Source: Felis catus
Lineage: Eukaryota
Assembly: GCF_018350175.1 (NCBI RefSeq)
Contig: NC_058383.1
Span: 14,324,001 to 14,388,000 of the forward strand
Direction of reading: 5' to 3'
Length of the DNA: 64,000 nt
The position numbers and the translations under genes were made by a program. Below are positions 1 to 11,874 of this stretch, piece after piece. Under the pieces are notes generated by a model. It was not told where the DNA came from. It saw nothing but the letters and a program-made list of their open reading frames with translations, and searched no databases. Each line of letters begins with the position of its first letter. The first letter of the stretch is position 1.

Positions 1-889
1 GAGGCCGGGCAGCCATAGAGGAGGAGGCCTCACCTCCCACCACTACCCACAGCAGTGGAAGGAGTGGATGGGAAGATGTGTCTGCCCCAAGCCTGTGGCT
101 GCTTGGGGTCAGTCGAGGTGGTGTTTCCTGACTCAAACTACCTATTCCGTTTGATTCCCCCCTCTTTCCTCCCTCTGGTTTCGCTCTGGGCTGCCGGCAC
201 TGAGAGGGCATGGGCTCCACGTCCACTGTAAAGAACCTTTACTCATTGGCCTTTCTGATCCTATGCATGTGTCTGGTACACTTGGAAAATGAAAATGAAT
301 CAGCCTGGTAGGAATTTGCAGAGCCGGCTGTGACCCTGTGGTTCCAAGCCCTGGCTCCCCACTGCTCCGTCTGTGAACAACCTTAGCTAGATGTCTTCTG
401 GAAGGCCCCGGAAGAGAAACAGAAGGGACCCTCGTCAACCGTTCGGCACTTAGCGTTTACCGCACTGCATTCCAAGCTGCCTTGTTCTAAGTGTTGAACG
501 TGTTTTAGCTGCAAACCCCGGGACTCTTGGCTTCTGACGGCAGGATTGGGGCCCGGGCAGTGCTCAGTCATGGGTCCCCCACACCCTAGTGAGACGCCCC
601 AGAGCCAGAGCTCAGGGTAAGCAGCCAGGAAGGCCCAGCAGATTGGCCACGAGGTGACCATCCGTGTGAGCTGAGTGACGGGAGAGATTGGGTAAGCCCT
701 GGAAGGGGGCCCTCACCTTAGGACACGAGGGATTAATGCCCAAGAGTGGGACCAGAGACAAGGAGTAGAGCCTGAGTGCAGGCCCTGTGGGCGCCTGCCC
801 TGAACTGGCCCCGTGTGCTATCCCGTGTTTGGAAGAGTCGAGACATCAGATGAAGAAGTTCCCTTCCAGGCACCCTTGCTGCTGTCTTC

Positions 890-1080
890 GGGCAGCTTGT
901 GCGACTCAGGGCAAGTGACTTCACCTCTCGGGGCCCCCCGTTTCCTCCTCTGTGAAATGGGGATGATAATACCGCCTACCTCAGACGGTTGCTGTGAGGG
1001 TTAAATGAGACAGAACAGTACATAGAAGCTTCCAGAAACTTCCGACTCACAGCCTGCACTTGTATAAATGTTGGCTAACA
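890..1080 (+). mobile_element. MIR SINE
   Basis: MIR core gggcaagtgacttcacctctc...tttcctcctctgtgaaatggggatgataata...gttgctgtgagggttaaatgaga. Confidence 0.8.
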
Positions 1081-1721
1081 TCATCGGCATCCTCATCTGT
1101 AAGGTCCTGAGATCTCCTGGCCCACGTTGCGTCTCGATTCTCTTACAGCAGTGCAGTGGGGATGTTGTCGGGTCTTTTTGTTGCCAGGTTGGCAAACTGG
1201 GTCACAAGCGTCACTTGGCCCCTCTGATCTATGTACCACGTGGGGCTCACGTAAGTTGTCCTTAAAAGGAGGTCCTGGCACGGGCAGCTCCTTGGGCTTC
1301 ATTTCCTGCTTGGAGGCCTGGTGGGTTCCGAAGTGGCCAGTTCTCCTCAACTCTTTTCTCCTCGCTCAGCATCAACCAAGGGAGGTCGTGGATACTTTTG
1401 GTGTTGAATGAAGTCAATGCCAATGGCTCTGCTGTGAGGGCGCCGAGAGAAGGGGAGACAGTTACCCTCGGGGAGCTACCAAGTTCAAGGGAGTATCCCA
1501 GGCATGTGGAGAGATGGACAGACAGACGTAAGGATGGATAGAAGGTGTCTGACAGATCTCACGAGGTTGGTTGTTTGTCTCTGCTCGCTCTTCTCTGTGA
1601 GATCGGCTTTCCAGGGACTGTTCTCCTCGTAGCCCTCGGAGCAGAGGGCTGGGCTTGAGTTGCTTTGTAGCCTCTCTGCGGGGCCTTAAGTGTTTATTGA
1701 CAATTATCCAGACTTCTTAAT

Positions 1722-1955
1722 GGGCGCCTGGGTGGCTCAGTCGGTGAAGCGTCCGACTTCGGCTCAGGTCACGATCTCACGGTTCGTGGATTCGAGCCCC
1801 GCGTCGGGCTCTGGGCTGGCAGCTCGAAGCCTGGAGCCTGCTTCGGATTCTGTGTCTCCCTCTCTCTCTCTTTCTCTCTCTCTGCCCCTACCCCCCCTCA
1901 CGCTCTGTCTCTCTGTCTCTCAAAAAGAAAAAAAAGAAAAAAAAAAAAAAGAAAG
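1722..1955 (+). mobile_element. Can-SINE (SINEC_Fc-like)
   Basis: gggcgcctgggtggctcagtcgg head, (CT)n, A tail; flanking repeat ttatccagactt at 1704-1715 and 1956-1967. Confidence 0.92.
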
Positions 1956-4394
1956 TTATCCAGACTTTAAGACAGCTTGCCTGCCAACCATCTTCTTTAA
2001 GACAAGATTGTTTATTGCTCACTGACCCGTTTCTGAAAGGAGGCCTGTGATTTCTGGGAGCCCGTGTTGCTAGAGGAAGCCCACGGGATGCCCCCCCCCC
2101 CCCGGCTGTGGATTTGGAAGTACTTGGCAGTTGCTGTGGCATAGCATCCTCTGCTCATTCCTGGGTGCCTCGCAGATCCCGAATCCGTTCTTTTATCCTC
2201 CTAAACCTTCCAGGCTACTCTTACCCGGGTTTTGCAGCTGGAAGGCCGTCGGGGCGGCAGGAAACACGTCGGGTTCTGTGTGTTCCACTCTGTACAGATG
2301 GGGGCGGGAAACCAAGCTCTGAAACCGACCTCTCCTTCCCCGAGTCGGCCCGCCCCGCCCCCGGCCACCCCCGAGAGCACCGTGCAAGCCACCGGGGCAA
2401 CTGGGCGCTCAGCACCTTCTGCCTCCTCGGCTCTGCAGGGACTGGGGGACGGAACACTTGGCTGTGGGTCATCAGGCCACAGCGGGAATTCGGTGTCAAG
2501 TCCTACGGGCAGGAGCCGTGGTCTGGTGGTCTGTTCTTTCTCTCTGCATTTCTACGGCCAGTGAGCCTCTCTCCCCACAGCAACCACCCTTCATCTTCCG
2601 CCCTGTCTGGCCCCGGGGGTGTGATTGTAAGTAACGTGTGTATGAGTCAGCACCTACTCCTCAGTGCTTAAAAACCTCAGTGAATAAATAAATACACTTA
2701 AAAAAAAAAAGAAGACCAAGGAAAGAACACTGATTTTTATGACAGTGACTGAATTCATCTCGTCTGCCCATTGGGAAAGCCTGAGGACATGGGGCCCAGG
2801 AGAGGTGCACTGTCAGCTGGGCAAGGATAGAGACCAGGGTGGCCAGGCTGGGGAGGAGACTCCTGGGTGGGTCCTGCAAGGAGGGTCTGGGCTGCGTGAA
2901 AACTCTGGAAGCCTGGCCCATGCGTTGGGGAGCATACGGAAGGGAACGGAGGAGCCGAAAGGGGGGTCTGGGGGGCAGCCGGGCAGACTGGGTCCTTCCA
3001 TTAGTTGGTACGTTGCATTGTCACGGGGCTCTCAGATGACCCTTGTGAGGTCTCAGGCAAGCACCACAGCTAGGTGTGGTGCGGATTATTTTGACAGTTT
3101 TAGAGGTGAAGACCTATGAACAGTGTACCGCGCGTGTGACGGAGCGCTTTCTCATTTTTGAAATCCCTGTCCCCCCCCCCCCCCCATCCACCATGATTTA
3201 CCAAATGGCCACCTTGGCCCATGAAGGGGCAGGGTGGGGGCTTTGAGGCTCCCCCATTTCCCACTTTACCCTGGGGGCGCGAGTTGCCTGCTCTAGCCGA
3301 GAGGCTTGACTCAGAACTCAGTCCTGATTGCATCATGACCCCGTTGCCTGTGGGTGGAGAAGAAGGTGCTGGGACACTGCAATCTGGTCTCTCTGCTTCT
3401 GCGTTCCAAGCGCCAGAAGCTGTTAAAAACCAAGGACCAAAGACACGAGCCCGGGGCTGAGCGCTGGGAATAGGTGGGCGCGTCCGGAACGTGTGCTCAC
3501 AGGGACGGGCTGGTGAGTAAGCTGCCCAGGTTGGTCGAGGGGGCTCGGAGGGACCTTCTGGGGTGCCCTCCTCCCTCGGATCCCCGTGCAGCAAATGAGA
3601 TGATTCGCGCCGACTGCCCGGGAGCCCGTCAATAACCATTCTAATCTCCCTGGCAGCCCCAGAAGTGAATTTACAGCGACGTGGTAAAAATGAGGCTGCA
3701 TGATCAATGGATCCCTGGACGTTCTCCTCCAGGAGACACAAATGTATCTTGTAACAAAACTTTATTTTCTTCCGAAAATTGCCTGCCTGATGAATACGGC
3801 CCGACACAGCCCAAGCTGTTCCGCATAAAAAACAGCCGTTTTTCTTGCTCTTTCTTCAGTGCTCTTCCCCCTCACTCCATTCCTTCAGCTTGTTGCCTTT
3901 GTTTTCTCCTCTAACACCTGTGCTATATATTGTCCGATCTCACACGAGGAGGAGGAGAATGTATTGAAATGCCTTAGCGCCCTCTCCCATGCTATTTGGT
4001 TTCCGCTTGGTATTTCCAGTGCGGCTCAGCCTAAGCAGAGGACCAGATTCGTGAGTGCTCCCCTGGACGGAGCGCGGTGTTCCCACGACGGAGCCTCCAG
4101 GGAGGCCAGAGCTCGACACCGCTGTGTCCAGCCTGGGTGAAAAGGACTCTTCTCTTTTATTCCGGTTTTCCGGGATGGGGGAGCTGCTGGGTCATAGGAG
4201 GGAGGACCTCGAAGGCAGGCGGTCCCATCTCCTGCCTCTCCCCCCAGGAGATTCTAGGAACGCCTGCCAGAAGGGTTGGGGTGTACCCGGCAGCACGCTC
4301 CTATGCAGGCCGAGGACCCGCTTCCTTGAATACGATTATTTACATGTGCCTTTCGTGTCTGATTCTGGAATGCAGGTTCCACCCGAGCGGGCTG

Positions 4395-4790
4395 CTTGGT
4401 TTGGGTTCCCCCAGAAGCAGACCCTAAGACTAAGATTTGAGTGCACCATTGATTCGGAAGGTGGAGAGAGCAAACACCACCAGGGGCGTGGGGCAGTAGG
4501 ACCTGGAAGGGAAGGCATCCCCCGAAGGGTGGGGAATGCAGATGGCCACGGTGGGTGATGGAGGGGGAACCCTCCCTCGTTTCACTAGGGGGACCCTGGA
4601 AGCCCTTGTAAACCGCTGCCCTTGGAGTCAGCCTGCTCCTGGGGTGAGCGAGCTGGGGTGTTCATGCCTCAACTCCTGGCCGCCTCTGGATGGGAGCAGA
4701 TGGGGGTGGGGCGGCAGCAAAGCAGCCTCCAGGCATGGAAACGCAGGTGCCCGAGTAGGGAGTGGGGCAGGTGGGCAGTAAAGTAGGACC
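4395..4790 (-). mobile_element. Old ERVL-type solo LTR fragment (LTR33-like)
   Basis: ttgggttcccccagaagcagaccctaagactaagatttgagtgca resembles the reverse complement of the LTR33 3' end as recalled. Confidence 0.55.
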
Positions 4791-5053
4791 AGGCGGTGTG
4801 AACGGGCACCCAGGCCGCCTGGGAGACGCGAGATACGTACCCGAGACTGGTTCCTTTGGGGCGGCAGGTTGAGGAGAATTGGGGCTGGACCCCTTAACGA
4901 TCTCCTCCTTAGGTTCCAGTCTTTGTTCTCAGCCAAGGGGGGCCCAGAGGGAACTGGTGACGCACACCTTGGGCGCACGTGGGCCATGTCCATCCGCAGC
5001 GCCCGTGCCTTCCGCCTTCCTCTGACTCTACTCGGCTGGCTCTCTTCCCCCAG

Positions 5054-5220
5054 GTGCAAGGAACTGAAGTACTCCAAGGAGCTGCCCCAGATCTCCATCA
5101 TATTCATCTTCGTGAACGAGGCCCTGTCGGTGATCCTGCGGTCAGTCCACAGCGCGGTCAACCACACGCCGACGCACCTGCTGAAGGAAATCATCCTGGT
5201 GGACGACAACAGTGACGAAG
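5054..5220 (+). CDS. GALNT17: GALNT17 internal coding exon (probably exon 3, 167 nt), N-terminal part of GT-A catalytic domain
   Basis: Acceptor tctcttccccCAG at 5051-5053; donor AAG|GTATGG at 5221. Translates CKELKYSKELPQISIIFIFVNEALSVILRSVHSAVNHTPTHLLKEIILVDDNSDE, with the ppGalNAc-T signatures (IIF..NEALS.ILRSVHS, EIILVDD.S); matches GALNT17 as I recall it. Confidence 0.95.
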
Positions 5221-5437
5221 GTATGGGGGCCGCCAAGCTGCACGAGTGTTTTGGAGAGGATCCTGGGAGCGCGCCGTGTCAGCAAGGGGGAGAATGCCAC
5301 TTGCATTGTAACACGAGTCCACCTGTCTTTGTCTCCTGTCCCTGGGGCATAGCTACAGAGAGGAAGACATCTGGGCGCACGAGCACTGGCCCATTAGACC
5401 TCCAGGCCTGCAGGGCTCTTAGGAATAAATGACTGGC

Positions 5438-5639
5438 AGGGCACCCTGGGTGGCTCCGTCGGTGAAGCATCCAGCTCTTGATTTCAGCTTTGGCTCGTGG
5501 AATCGAGCCCCGTGTCGGGCCCCGCACTCACAGTACAGAGCCTGCTTGGGATTCTCTGTGTCCCTCTCTTTCCCTGCCCCTCCCCAGCTTGCTCATGCTC
5601 TCTCTTGCTCTCTCAAAATAAAGAAACATTAAGAAAAAA
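5438..5639 (+). mobile_element. Can-SINE
   Basis: tRNA-derived head, agagcctgcttgggattctc body, ctctcaaaataaa tail. Confidence 0.85.
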
Positions 5640-5655
5640 CTAAGACATTACCGAT

Positions 5656-5756
5656 GGGGCGTTCAACTTCGGCTCAGGTCATGATCTCGTGATTCGAGCC
5701 CCGCATCGGGTTCTCTGCTATCAATGCAAAAATTAATAAACATTAAAAAAAAAAAA
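5656..5756 (+). mobile_element. Internally deleted Can-SINE
   Basis: ggggcg fused to acttcggctcaggtcatgatctc...gagccccgcatcggg, then aataaacattaaaaa; no A-box segment or CT region. Confidence 0.75.
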
Positions 5757-5908
5757 GAAGTTACTGACCACATAGATGGACTCATTCTCCTTTCTTCATA
5801 TTACTTAAAGTAGATGACAAGAGGCGCCTAGATTCTTCCCCACTCCCCGCCCCAGCCCTACCCACTGCCACCGTCCTTTCCCAAGAGGTAAAATAAAAAT
5901 GAAATTCT

Positions 5909-6037
5909 GGGGGCACCTAGGTGGCTCAGTCGGTTGAGCGTCCGAACTCCTGGTTTTGGCTCAGGTCATGATCTTGAGGTTTCGTGACTTTGAGCCCTGC
6001 ATGGGGCTCTGCTCAGGTAGGGTGGAGTGTGCTTGGG

Positions 6038-6105
<68 letters not shown>

Positions 6106-6195
6106 CCTCTCCCTCCCTCTCTCTCTGCCCCTTTCCCACTCGAGCTGTCTCTGTCTCTCTCTCAAAGTAAATAAATAAACTTAAAAAACAAAACA
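5909..6195 (+). mobile_element. Can-SINE with expanded (CT)n
   Basis: Head at 5909, long CT tract about 6040-6125, flanking tgaaattc repeats. Confidence 0.88.
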
Positions 6196-6360
6196 GTGAA
6201 ATTCCGTCCTGGGACGGGAACCACTCATCTTGCATCCGAAGTCCTCTCTGGGCCGCCGAGCCAAAAATGACTGGAGGTAGAAACGAGGAGTGTTCACAGG
6301 TGTTTTTGAGGTCGGCCCTCTTTAGAATAGCGGCTCAGTTTAAAAAATATAAAACAGGCA

Positions 6361-6609
6361 GGGCGCCTGGGTGGCTCGGCCGGTTAAGTGTCCGACTTTG
6401 GCTCAGGTCATGATCTCACGGTCCGTGAGTTCCAGCCCCGCGTCGGGCTCTGTGCTGACAGCTCAGAGCCTGGAGCCTGTTTCAGATTCTGTGTCTCCCT
6501 CTCTCTCTGCCCCTCCCCTGTTCATGCTCTGTCTCTCTCTGTCTCAAAAATAAATACATGTTAAAAAAAAATTAAAAAAAAAGTTTCAATTAAAAAAATA
6601 TATATATAT
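6361..6609 (+). mobile_element. Can-SINE (SINEC_Fc-like)
   Basis: Full body; TSD atataaaacaggca at 6347-6360 and 6610-6623. Confidence 0.93.
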
Positions 6610-7899
6610 ATATAAAACAGGCAGGTATTGGGCAGCAGGAACAAAAATCCTCCGGGGTCCCTAGAGGCGGGTCAGGGGGAGGCCTGGTGTCCAAGTGGCG
6701 GCGGATGGGTCTTGCTAACCGTGCCCTTGTGTTGGCTCCTGGCCTAAGGTAATGCGCTGCGCTCGCCGCAGGGAGAAACCCCCACCAGCTGATGCCACAG
6801 GAGAAAGCCAGCCAGGGTGCACGCTGAAGGCCAAGGAGGCTTATCTTCTGAGCCACGGGAGGACTAGGGCAGGCTAAAGCCCTGGCTCTCAGCGTGCTGG
6901 GTAGAGAAGGAGAAAGATTACCCCGCGTGTGCTCCCGGGCTAGGAGAGGGTGAACAGGAGCCAGGACGATGCCACGGGTGCCGTGTGGCACCCGGCTATC
7001 TCCGGGAGCTCAGGGCTGAGCCACGTCATTGGCCTCGGCACTGAAGTCCCCCTGCCCCTTCTGAACTGGCTGGCTGGGCCCCCGAAGGGCTCCCGTGCAC
7101 CTGGGCCCGGCAATATGCCAGTCGGGTACCGCCTTCTCCGAGGCCTCCTCCAGAGTTGGAGGACGGAGGGGTCACTGGCTGTATTTTTCACATCTCTTTT
7201 TACCTCTGGCCATTCCACCAGGTGTAGATTCTGCTAACACTGGCCCTGGCGGTCTTCTTGTGAGAACGTGGCGCGTTCAGTTCCTTGGAGCCTCTAAGCC
7301 ATCTGGCGAAGCCTGTCTCCCTGACGTGGCTCCCAGAGCCCCTCGAGGCATGCTCCGTGCCCACTATGGACCCCTTGCATCAGCAGGGGGCATCCCTGAT
7401 CCTCCTTCCCTCCATTTGGTGGCTGAGTCCCCCAGGTGTCCCCTGCGGGTGCCCTGCTCAGAGAATCCTTTGCTGCCGTCCTACGGCCCTAGCTGGGTGC
7501 TCCCCCAGCACCCATTCCCCTACCTACCCAGCACGTAGCACGTGATACCTCCCCGTCTTGCACAACTGACCTCCCATGGTGCTGGATAGGACGGGGTTTC
7601 TCAGGGCCCGTCTGGCATCGGCCCTCGGTGAGTCTCACCCAACCTGGGAGTGAGTGACAAAGATGAACGAGGCTGGCAAAGGGCAAGTGGGGGGGGGTGC
7701 TAAGTGGCCTTGTGGCAGGAGGCGGGGCAGAGAAGAGCTCGCACACCCAGAGAAGAGAGCGGGTGCCGGGACGGCATTGGGGTGAGGACCCACGGCCAGT
7801 GGGGCTCCCTCCCCTGAGGAGATCTTGGCGGAGCTCAGCCAGAGAGAAATGGGGGTCCAAGCTGGTCTCGACCAGAATGGAAACTCTGGTCTCTGGTGG

Positions 7900-8150
7900 G
7901 CGTCTTAGTTTGGGCTCCCCCAGGAGCAGACCCTGAGACAAAGATTTGAGTGTGTTAGTTGATTTGCGAGGGGGAGAGAACACCTCGAGGGGCTCGGGGG
8001 AAGTAGGACAGGAAGGGCATGATATGCAGGTGGCCCCTGTGGCTGAGGCAGCTTAATCCCACTTGGGGGACTCCGGGAGCCAGGGGTATAAAGCCCACTC
8101 CTCTTCTGAGCCAGTCTGCTCCCGGGGTACTTAGGCACCTTCTTCGGCTT
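7900..8150 (-). mobile_element. Old ERVL-type solo LTR fragment (LTR33-like)
   Basis: tcttagtttgggctccccaggagcagaccctgagacaaagatttgagtgt; similar to the 4395 copy. Confidence 0.55.
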
Positions 8151-8189
8151 TCCGATCAGAACCTCCTGGAGCCCCACCCTGGAGGAAAT

Positions 8190-8296
8190 TGTGCTCCAGG
8201 AGGTCTGGAGTAGGGCTGAGAATGTGCATTTCTTACAAATTCCCAGGAGGTGCTGATCCTGCCCCTACAGGAACCACACAGTTGAGAACCACTGAG
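8190..8296. mobile_element. MER5-type hAT-Charlie relic
   Basis: ggtctggagtagggctgagaatgtgcatttcttacaaattcccagg...ttgagaaccactg terminal motif. Confidence 0.7.
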
Positions 8297-8559
8297 TTAC
8301 CATCTCAGGGGTTCGCATTTAAATAAAGCTGTTCAGTGGGTGAGAAACGGGGTGGGAGAGATATTCGGTCCAGCCTGATCATCAAGTTAATTCCCATTCA
8401 TCCTCCTCTGTCCCCCCACCCACCCTGCAAATCCCGGTGGACCAGGAGGAGACTATATTAACACTCTTTCCCCCTTTTCTGTCCTTCCTTCTAGCTTCTG
8501 TATTTTCTCCAGGCTAGAAATACCTTCTCTTTAACTGCAAGAGGGGCTTAACATTTTTT

Positions 8560-9010
8560 TTCTCTGTTGAGATTTTCTTTGTGACTGGTATCATCGAGTT
8601 TTGTAAATGTTCTATATACACTTGAAAAGACCCCCCCACACGCACTGTAATCATGGAATTGAATTCTTGCCAGACATCAATTTTGTGTATTTAGATAGAC
8701 TACGAGTTTATTTTCTTAAGGCTTTTTGATGATGGTGTTTTCAAATCTCCTCCTACGATGACTTTTCCTTCCCATGTCCCTAATAATGCTTGATTTCTGT
8801 ATCTCGTTGTCAGTTTCTTTGGTAACTGTAGATTCGTGTCTGTGTGGTTTCATCGTTAGTGGTGGCTATCACCCTGATGTAATACTCCCTTTATCTTAAA
8901 AGCATACTTTTTTCCTTGCCTCGAATTTAGTTCATCTAACCTTAATATTGTTATCCCTGCTTACCTTCTGCTCAAGTTTGATTAAACCATTTTTCCCCAG
9001 CCTTACTGTA
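8560..9010 (-). mobile_element. Ancient L1 (L1ME-like) fragment
   Basis: T-rich degenerate antisense L1-like sequence (ttttgtaaatgttctatatacacttgaaaaga; aatattgttatccctgctt). Confidence 0.45.
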
Positions 9011-9140
9011 TTTTCCGATCTTAAAAGTAATGCGTGCTCTCTTTGTAGGAAACTTTGAATGTGTCAAAAAGTAACTGGAAAATACAAATACCGCAGAGAG
9101 TAACTGAAGGCAGCTGTTCATTCCCCCCGTTCTCCCCTTC

Positions 9141-9158
9141 TTAAAAAAATTTTTTTAT

Positions 9159-9199
<41 letters not shown>

Positions 9200-9322
9200 C
9201 AAGCAGGCTGCATGCTCAGTGCAGAGCCTGACATGGGGCTTGATCTTACGACCCTGGGATCATGACCTGAGCCAAAATCAAAAGTCTGATGCTCAACCAA
9301 CTGAGCCAGCCAAAGGTTCCCC
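9141..9322 (-). mobile_element. Can-SINE
   Basis: (GA)n followed by reverse-complement body gatcatgacctgagcc...ctgagcca. Confidence 0.88.
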
Positions 9323-9339
9323 CTCCCTTTCTTTTTTTT

Positions 9340-9557
9340 AAAAAAATTTTTTAATGTTTATTTATTTTTGAGAGAGAGAGACAGAGTGTGAGCGGGGAAG
9401 GAGCAGAGAGAGAGAGGGGGAGACACAGAATCCAAAGCAGGCTCCAGGCTCTGAGCTGTCAGCACAGAGCCCGACGTGGGGCTTGAACCCACGGACCACG
9501 AGATCATGACCTGAACCGCAGTCGGACACTTAATCAACTGAGCCACCCAGGCACCCC
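9340..9557 (-). mobile_element. Can-SINE (SINEC_Fc-like)
   Basis: Full reverse-complement body ending agccacccaggcacccc. Confidence 0.92.
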
Positions 9558-9807
9558 ACTCCCTTCTTTTTTTTTAATGCAGGTGTTACATAGTTAAGAT
9601 CCTATAGTAAAAACAATATTCATCCTGTTTCCCCCCCTGAACTGTGAAGCATCATAGCTCTCTTTTTATTAAAAAAGATCTGCAAACATCATTTTCACGA
9701 GGGTAGAGTGGTCCATTCTCAAGCCGGTCATGCCTGGCTCAGGTGGGAACTAGAATCCCACACCTGTATGTTATCATATCCATTAAAGGAAAACCAAGCT
9801 TTATCAG

Positions 9808-9809
9808 GA

Positions 9810-9869
<60 letters not shown>

Positions 9870-9986
9870 AACAGAGAAAGAAAGGAAAAAGGAGAGAGAG
9901 AGATGGAAGGAAGGGAGGGAGGGAGGGAGGAAGGAAGGAAAGAAGGAAGCAAGGAAGCAAGGAAGCAAGGAAGGAAAGAAAGAAAA
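9808..9986 (+). repeat. Compound purine microsatellite: (GAAA)16, then GGAG/GGAA/GCAAGGAA units
   Basis: Perfect GAAA at 9808-9871, followed by degenerate purine repeats. Confidence 0.95.
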
Positions 9987-10199
9987 ACCACCTGGTCCAG
10001 GGAGTGTGTGAATAAAGCCAGAAGGCTCAGGACCTGTGTGTACAGGTAAGTCAGGGTCTTTCACTTGTTAGGTTTGTTTTTACATTTGTTTCATTCGGCT
10101 TGAATACTGATGTTGACCCAAGTTAAACCCAGGTAAGATGCAATTCTTTGTGCTCCTGTACATGACACCGAAATCCCTCGGGCAAAATTTACCAGTGAT

Positions 10200-10750
10200 C
10201 GCGGCTCACCCCGTCCAGCGGGCACTTTCCTGCTCTGATCCGGCCACGTCTGACATTGTTGGTGGCTTCCTTCCTGGCACTTGTCTCCTCCTGAGACCCC
10301 AGCACCGCTGTCTTCTCTGCTTCGGCTCCCTGCTTCGAGGGGATCACTCATGATTCTCAGCGTCGGGACACGCGGGGCGCTTCCTCCCATGGGCACATGG
10401 TGAATGGTCTCCAGATCCATCCCTGCAGCGCAGAGCAATTCAGCCTCTCCCCTGAGCTCCAGACCTGCGTCCTCTCTCTCCTCAAGGGCCAGGGTCCCTC
10501 TGAACCGTAAGCTCAGTCTGTCCTATGACTAACTTAGCATTCTCCTCTCGGCCTCGCAGACCTGCTTCTCGTTATCTCCTGTCAGTGAAGGGCTTTACCT
10601 CGTCACCAAAGACCAGAAGGCTTTTCATTCTGTTTCTGCTCTGTTTCTCGGCATCTGCTTAGTCCCTCTTGAACGTGATCCCGCCTGGCGGTGTCCCAAG
10701 CCACTGGTCTTTGTTCAGATCATCAGCGTTTTTTCCGCTTTGATCTTTGT
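10200..10750 (+). mobile_element. L2 fragment
   Basis: L2-like cagcctctcccctgagctccagacctgc segment. Confidence 0.45.
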
Positions 10751-10850
10751 TTGAGGGGTTGAGGCTGAGGGAATTCAGGGGCACGGAATTGTATCAATCA
10801 TCACTCTTGCCACACCCCGTCACGGTCATCCTTTATGATTTTCCCTTACT

Positions 10851-11048
10851 TTTTTTTGAAGTTTATTTATTTTTGAGATAGTGCAAGTGGGGGAGGAGCA
10901 GAGAGAGAGGGAGAGAGAGAATCCCAAACAGGCTCTGAGCTGTCAGTGCAGAGCCCCACGCGGGGCTCAAGCCCACGAACCGTGAGATCGTGACCTGAGC
11001 CGAAATCAAGAGTTGGATGCTTAACGGACTGAACCCTCCAGGTGACCC
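10851..11048 (-). mobile_element. Can-SINE
   Basis: Reverse-complement body; flanking repeat tcccttactttt on both sides. Confidence 0.9.
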
Positions 11049-11874
11049 TCTTGTCCCTTACTTTTAATTGAGATAGAATTCACATAACATCAAATACACC
11101 CTTATGAAGTATGTATAGTTCGGTGGCTTTCAGTATATTCACGACGTTTTGCAACTGTAACCACGATCTAATTCCGGAATATTTTCATCGTCCCCCCGAA
11201 GAGATCCTGGACCTGTTTAGCCATCTCTCCCAGGTCCTGGGGCAACAACCAAGTATTTCTGTCTCTATGAGTTTGCCTCTCCTGGACATTTGCTATCAAT
11301 GAAATGTACAGCCTGTAGCTTTTGGTGTCTGTCTTGTTTCCTGCAACGTACTGTCGCCCAAGTTCATTGTGTGGTGGCATGGATTTACGTCATTTCTTTT
11401 TGTGGCTCAGCGACATTCGGTTGTGTGGAGGTAGCACATGACCTTTCTTTATTCTTCCATTGATGGATAGGTGGGGCGTTCCTGCTTTTTGGTTGTTACG
11501 AATAATACTGCTAGGAACGTTCATGTAAAAGTTGTCGTGTGGAATGTTTTCAGTTCTCTTGGGTACCTACCTAGGAGTGGAATCGTTGGGTCCTGTGATA
11601 ATTCCACGGTTCGTATCTTGAGAAGCCATCAGACTGTTTTCCCCAACGACACGGTTTTTCGCAGGAGCGGCACCATTTTGCATTCCTACTGGCAATGTAT
11701 GAGGTCCCAGTTTCGCCACATCCTCAATATTTGTTATTTTCCTTTAAAAAAAACACACAAAGGCCACCGTGGTGCGTGTAAGGTGGTATCTCATGGTTTT
11801 ATTTGCATTTCTCTAATGACTGATTATTTTGAGCATCTTCTCATGTGCTTGCTTGCCATTAGTCTGTCTTATTT

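Noticed and set aside
1690..2025. Recurring ORF family WVAQSVKRPTSAQVTISR...LEPASDSVSPSLS (also at 6371, 9358, 17163, 19110, 32299, 35444 and others)
   Set aside because: Conceptual translation of Can-SINEs, not a protein family.
2100..2520. CpG-rich patch with GC boxes as an internal promoter
   Set aside because: CpG is elevated across much of the window; there is no clear island boundary or first-exon evidence.
2670..2715. aataaataaatacacttaaaaaaaaaaa as a poly(A) site or retro-tail
   Set aside because: No attributable element body or TSD.
3100..3807. 235-aa minus-strand ORF and other long GC-rich ORFs (2108..2671, 4628..5236, 36064..36621, 50877..51437)
   Set aside because: No recognisable domain; Pro/Gly/Arg/Ser-rich composition expected from stop-poor GC-rich DNA or from the antisense of an exon.
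4869..5432. 187-aa ORF as a standalone gene (likewise 31840..32031 and 37948..38286)
   Set aside because: Only the portion between the splice sites is GALNT-like; the rest is intron read-through.
9708..10064. KERK-rich and FLSF-rich ORFs
   Set aside because: Translations of the GAAA microsatellite.
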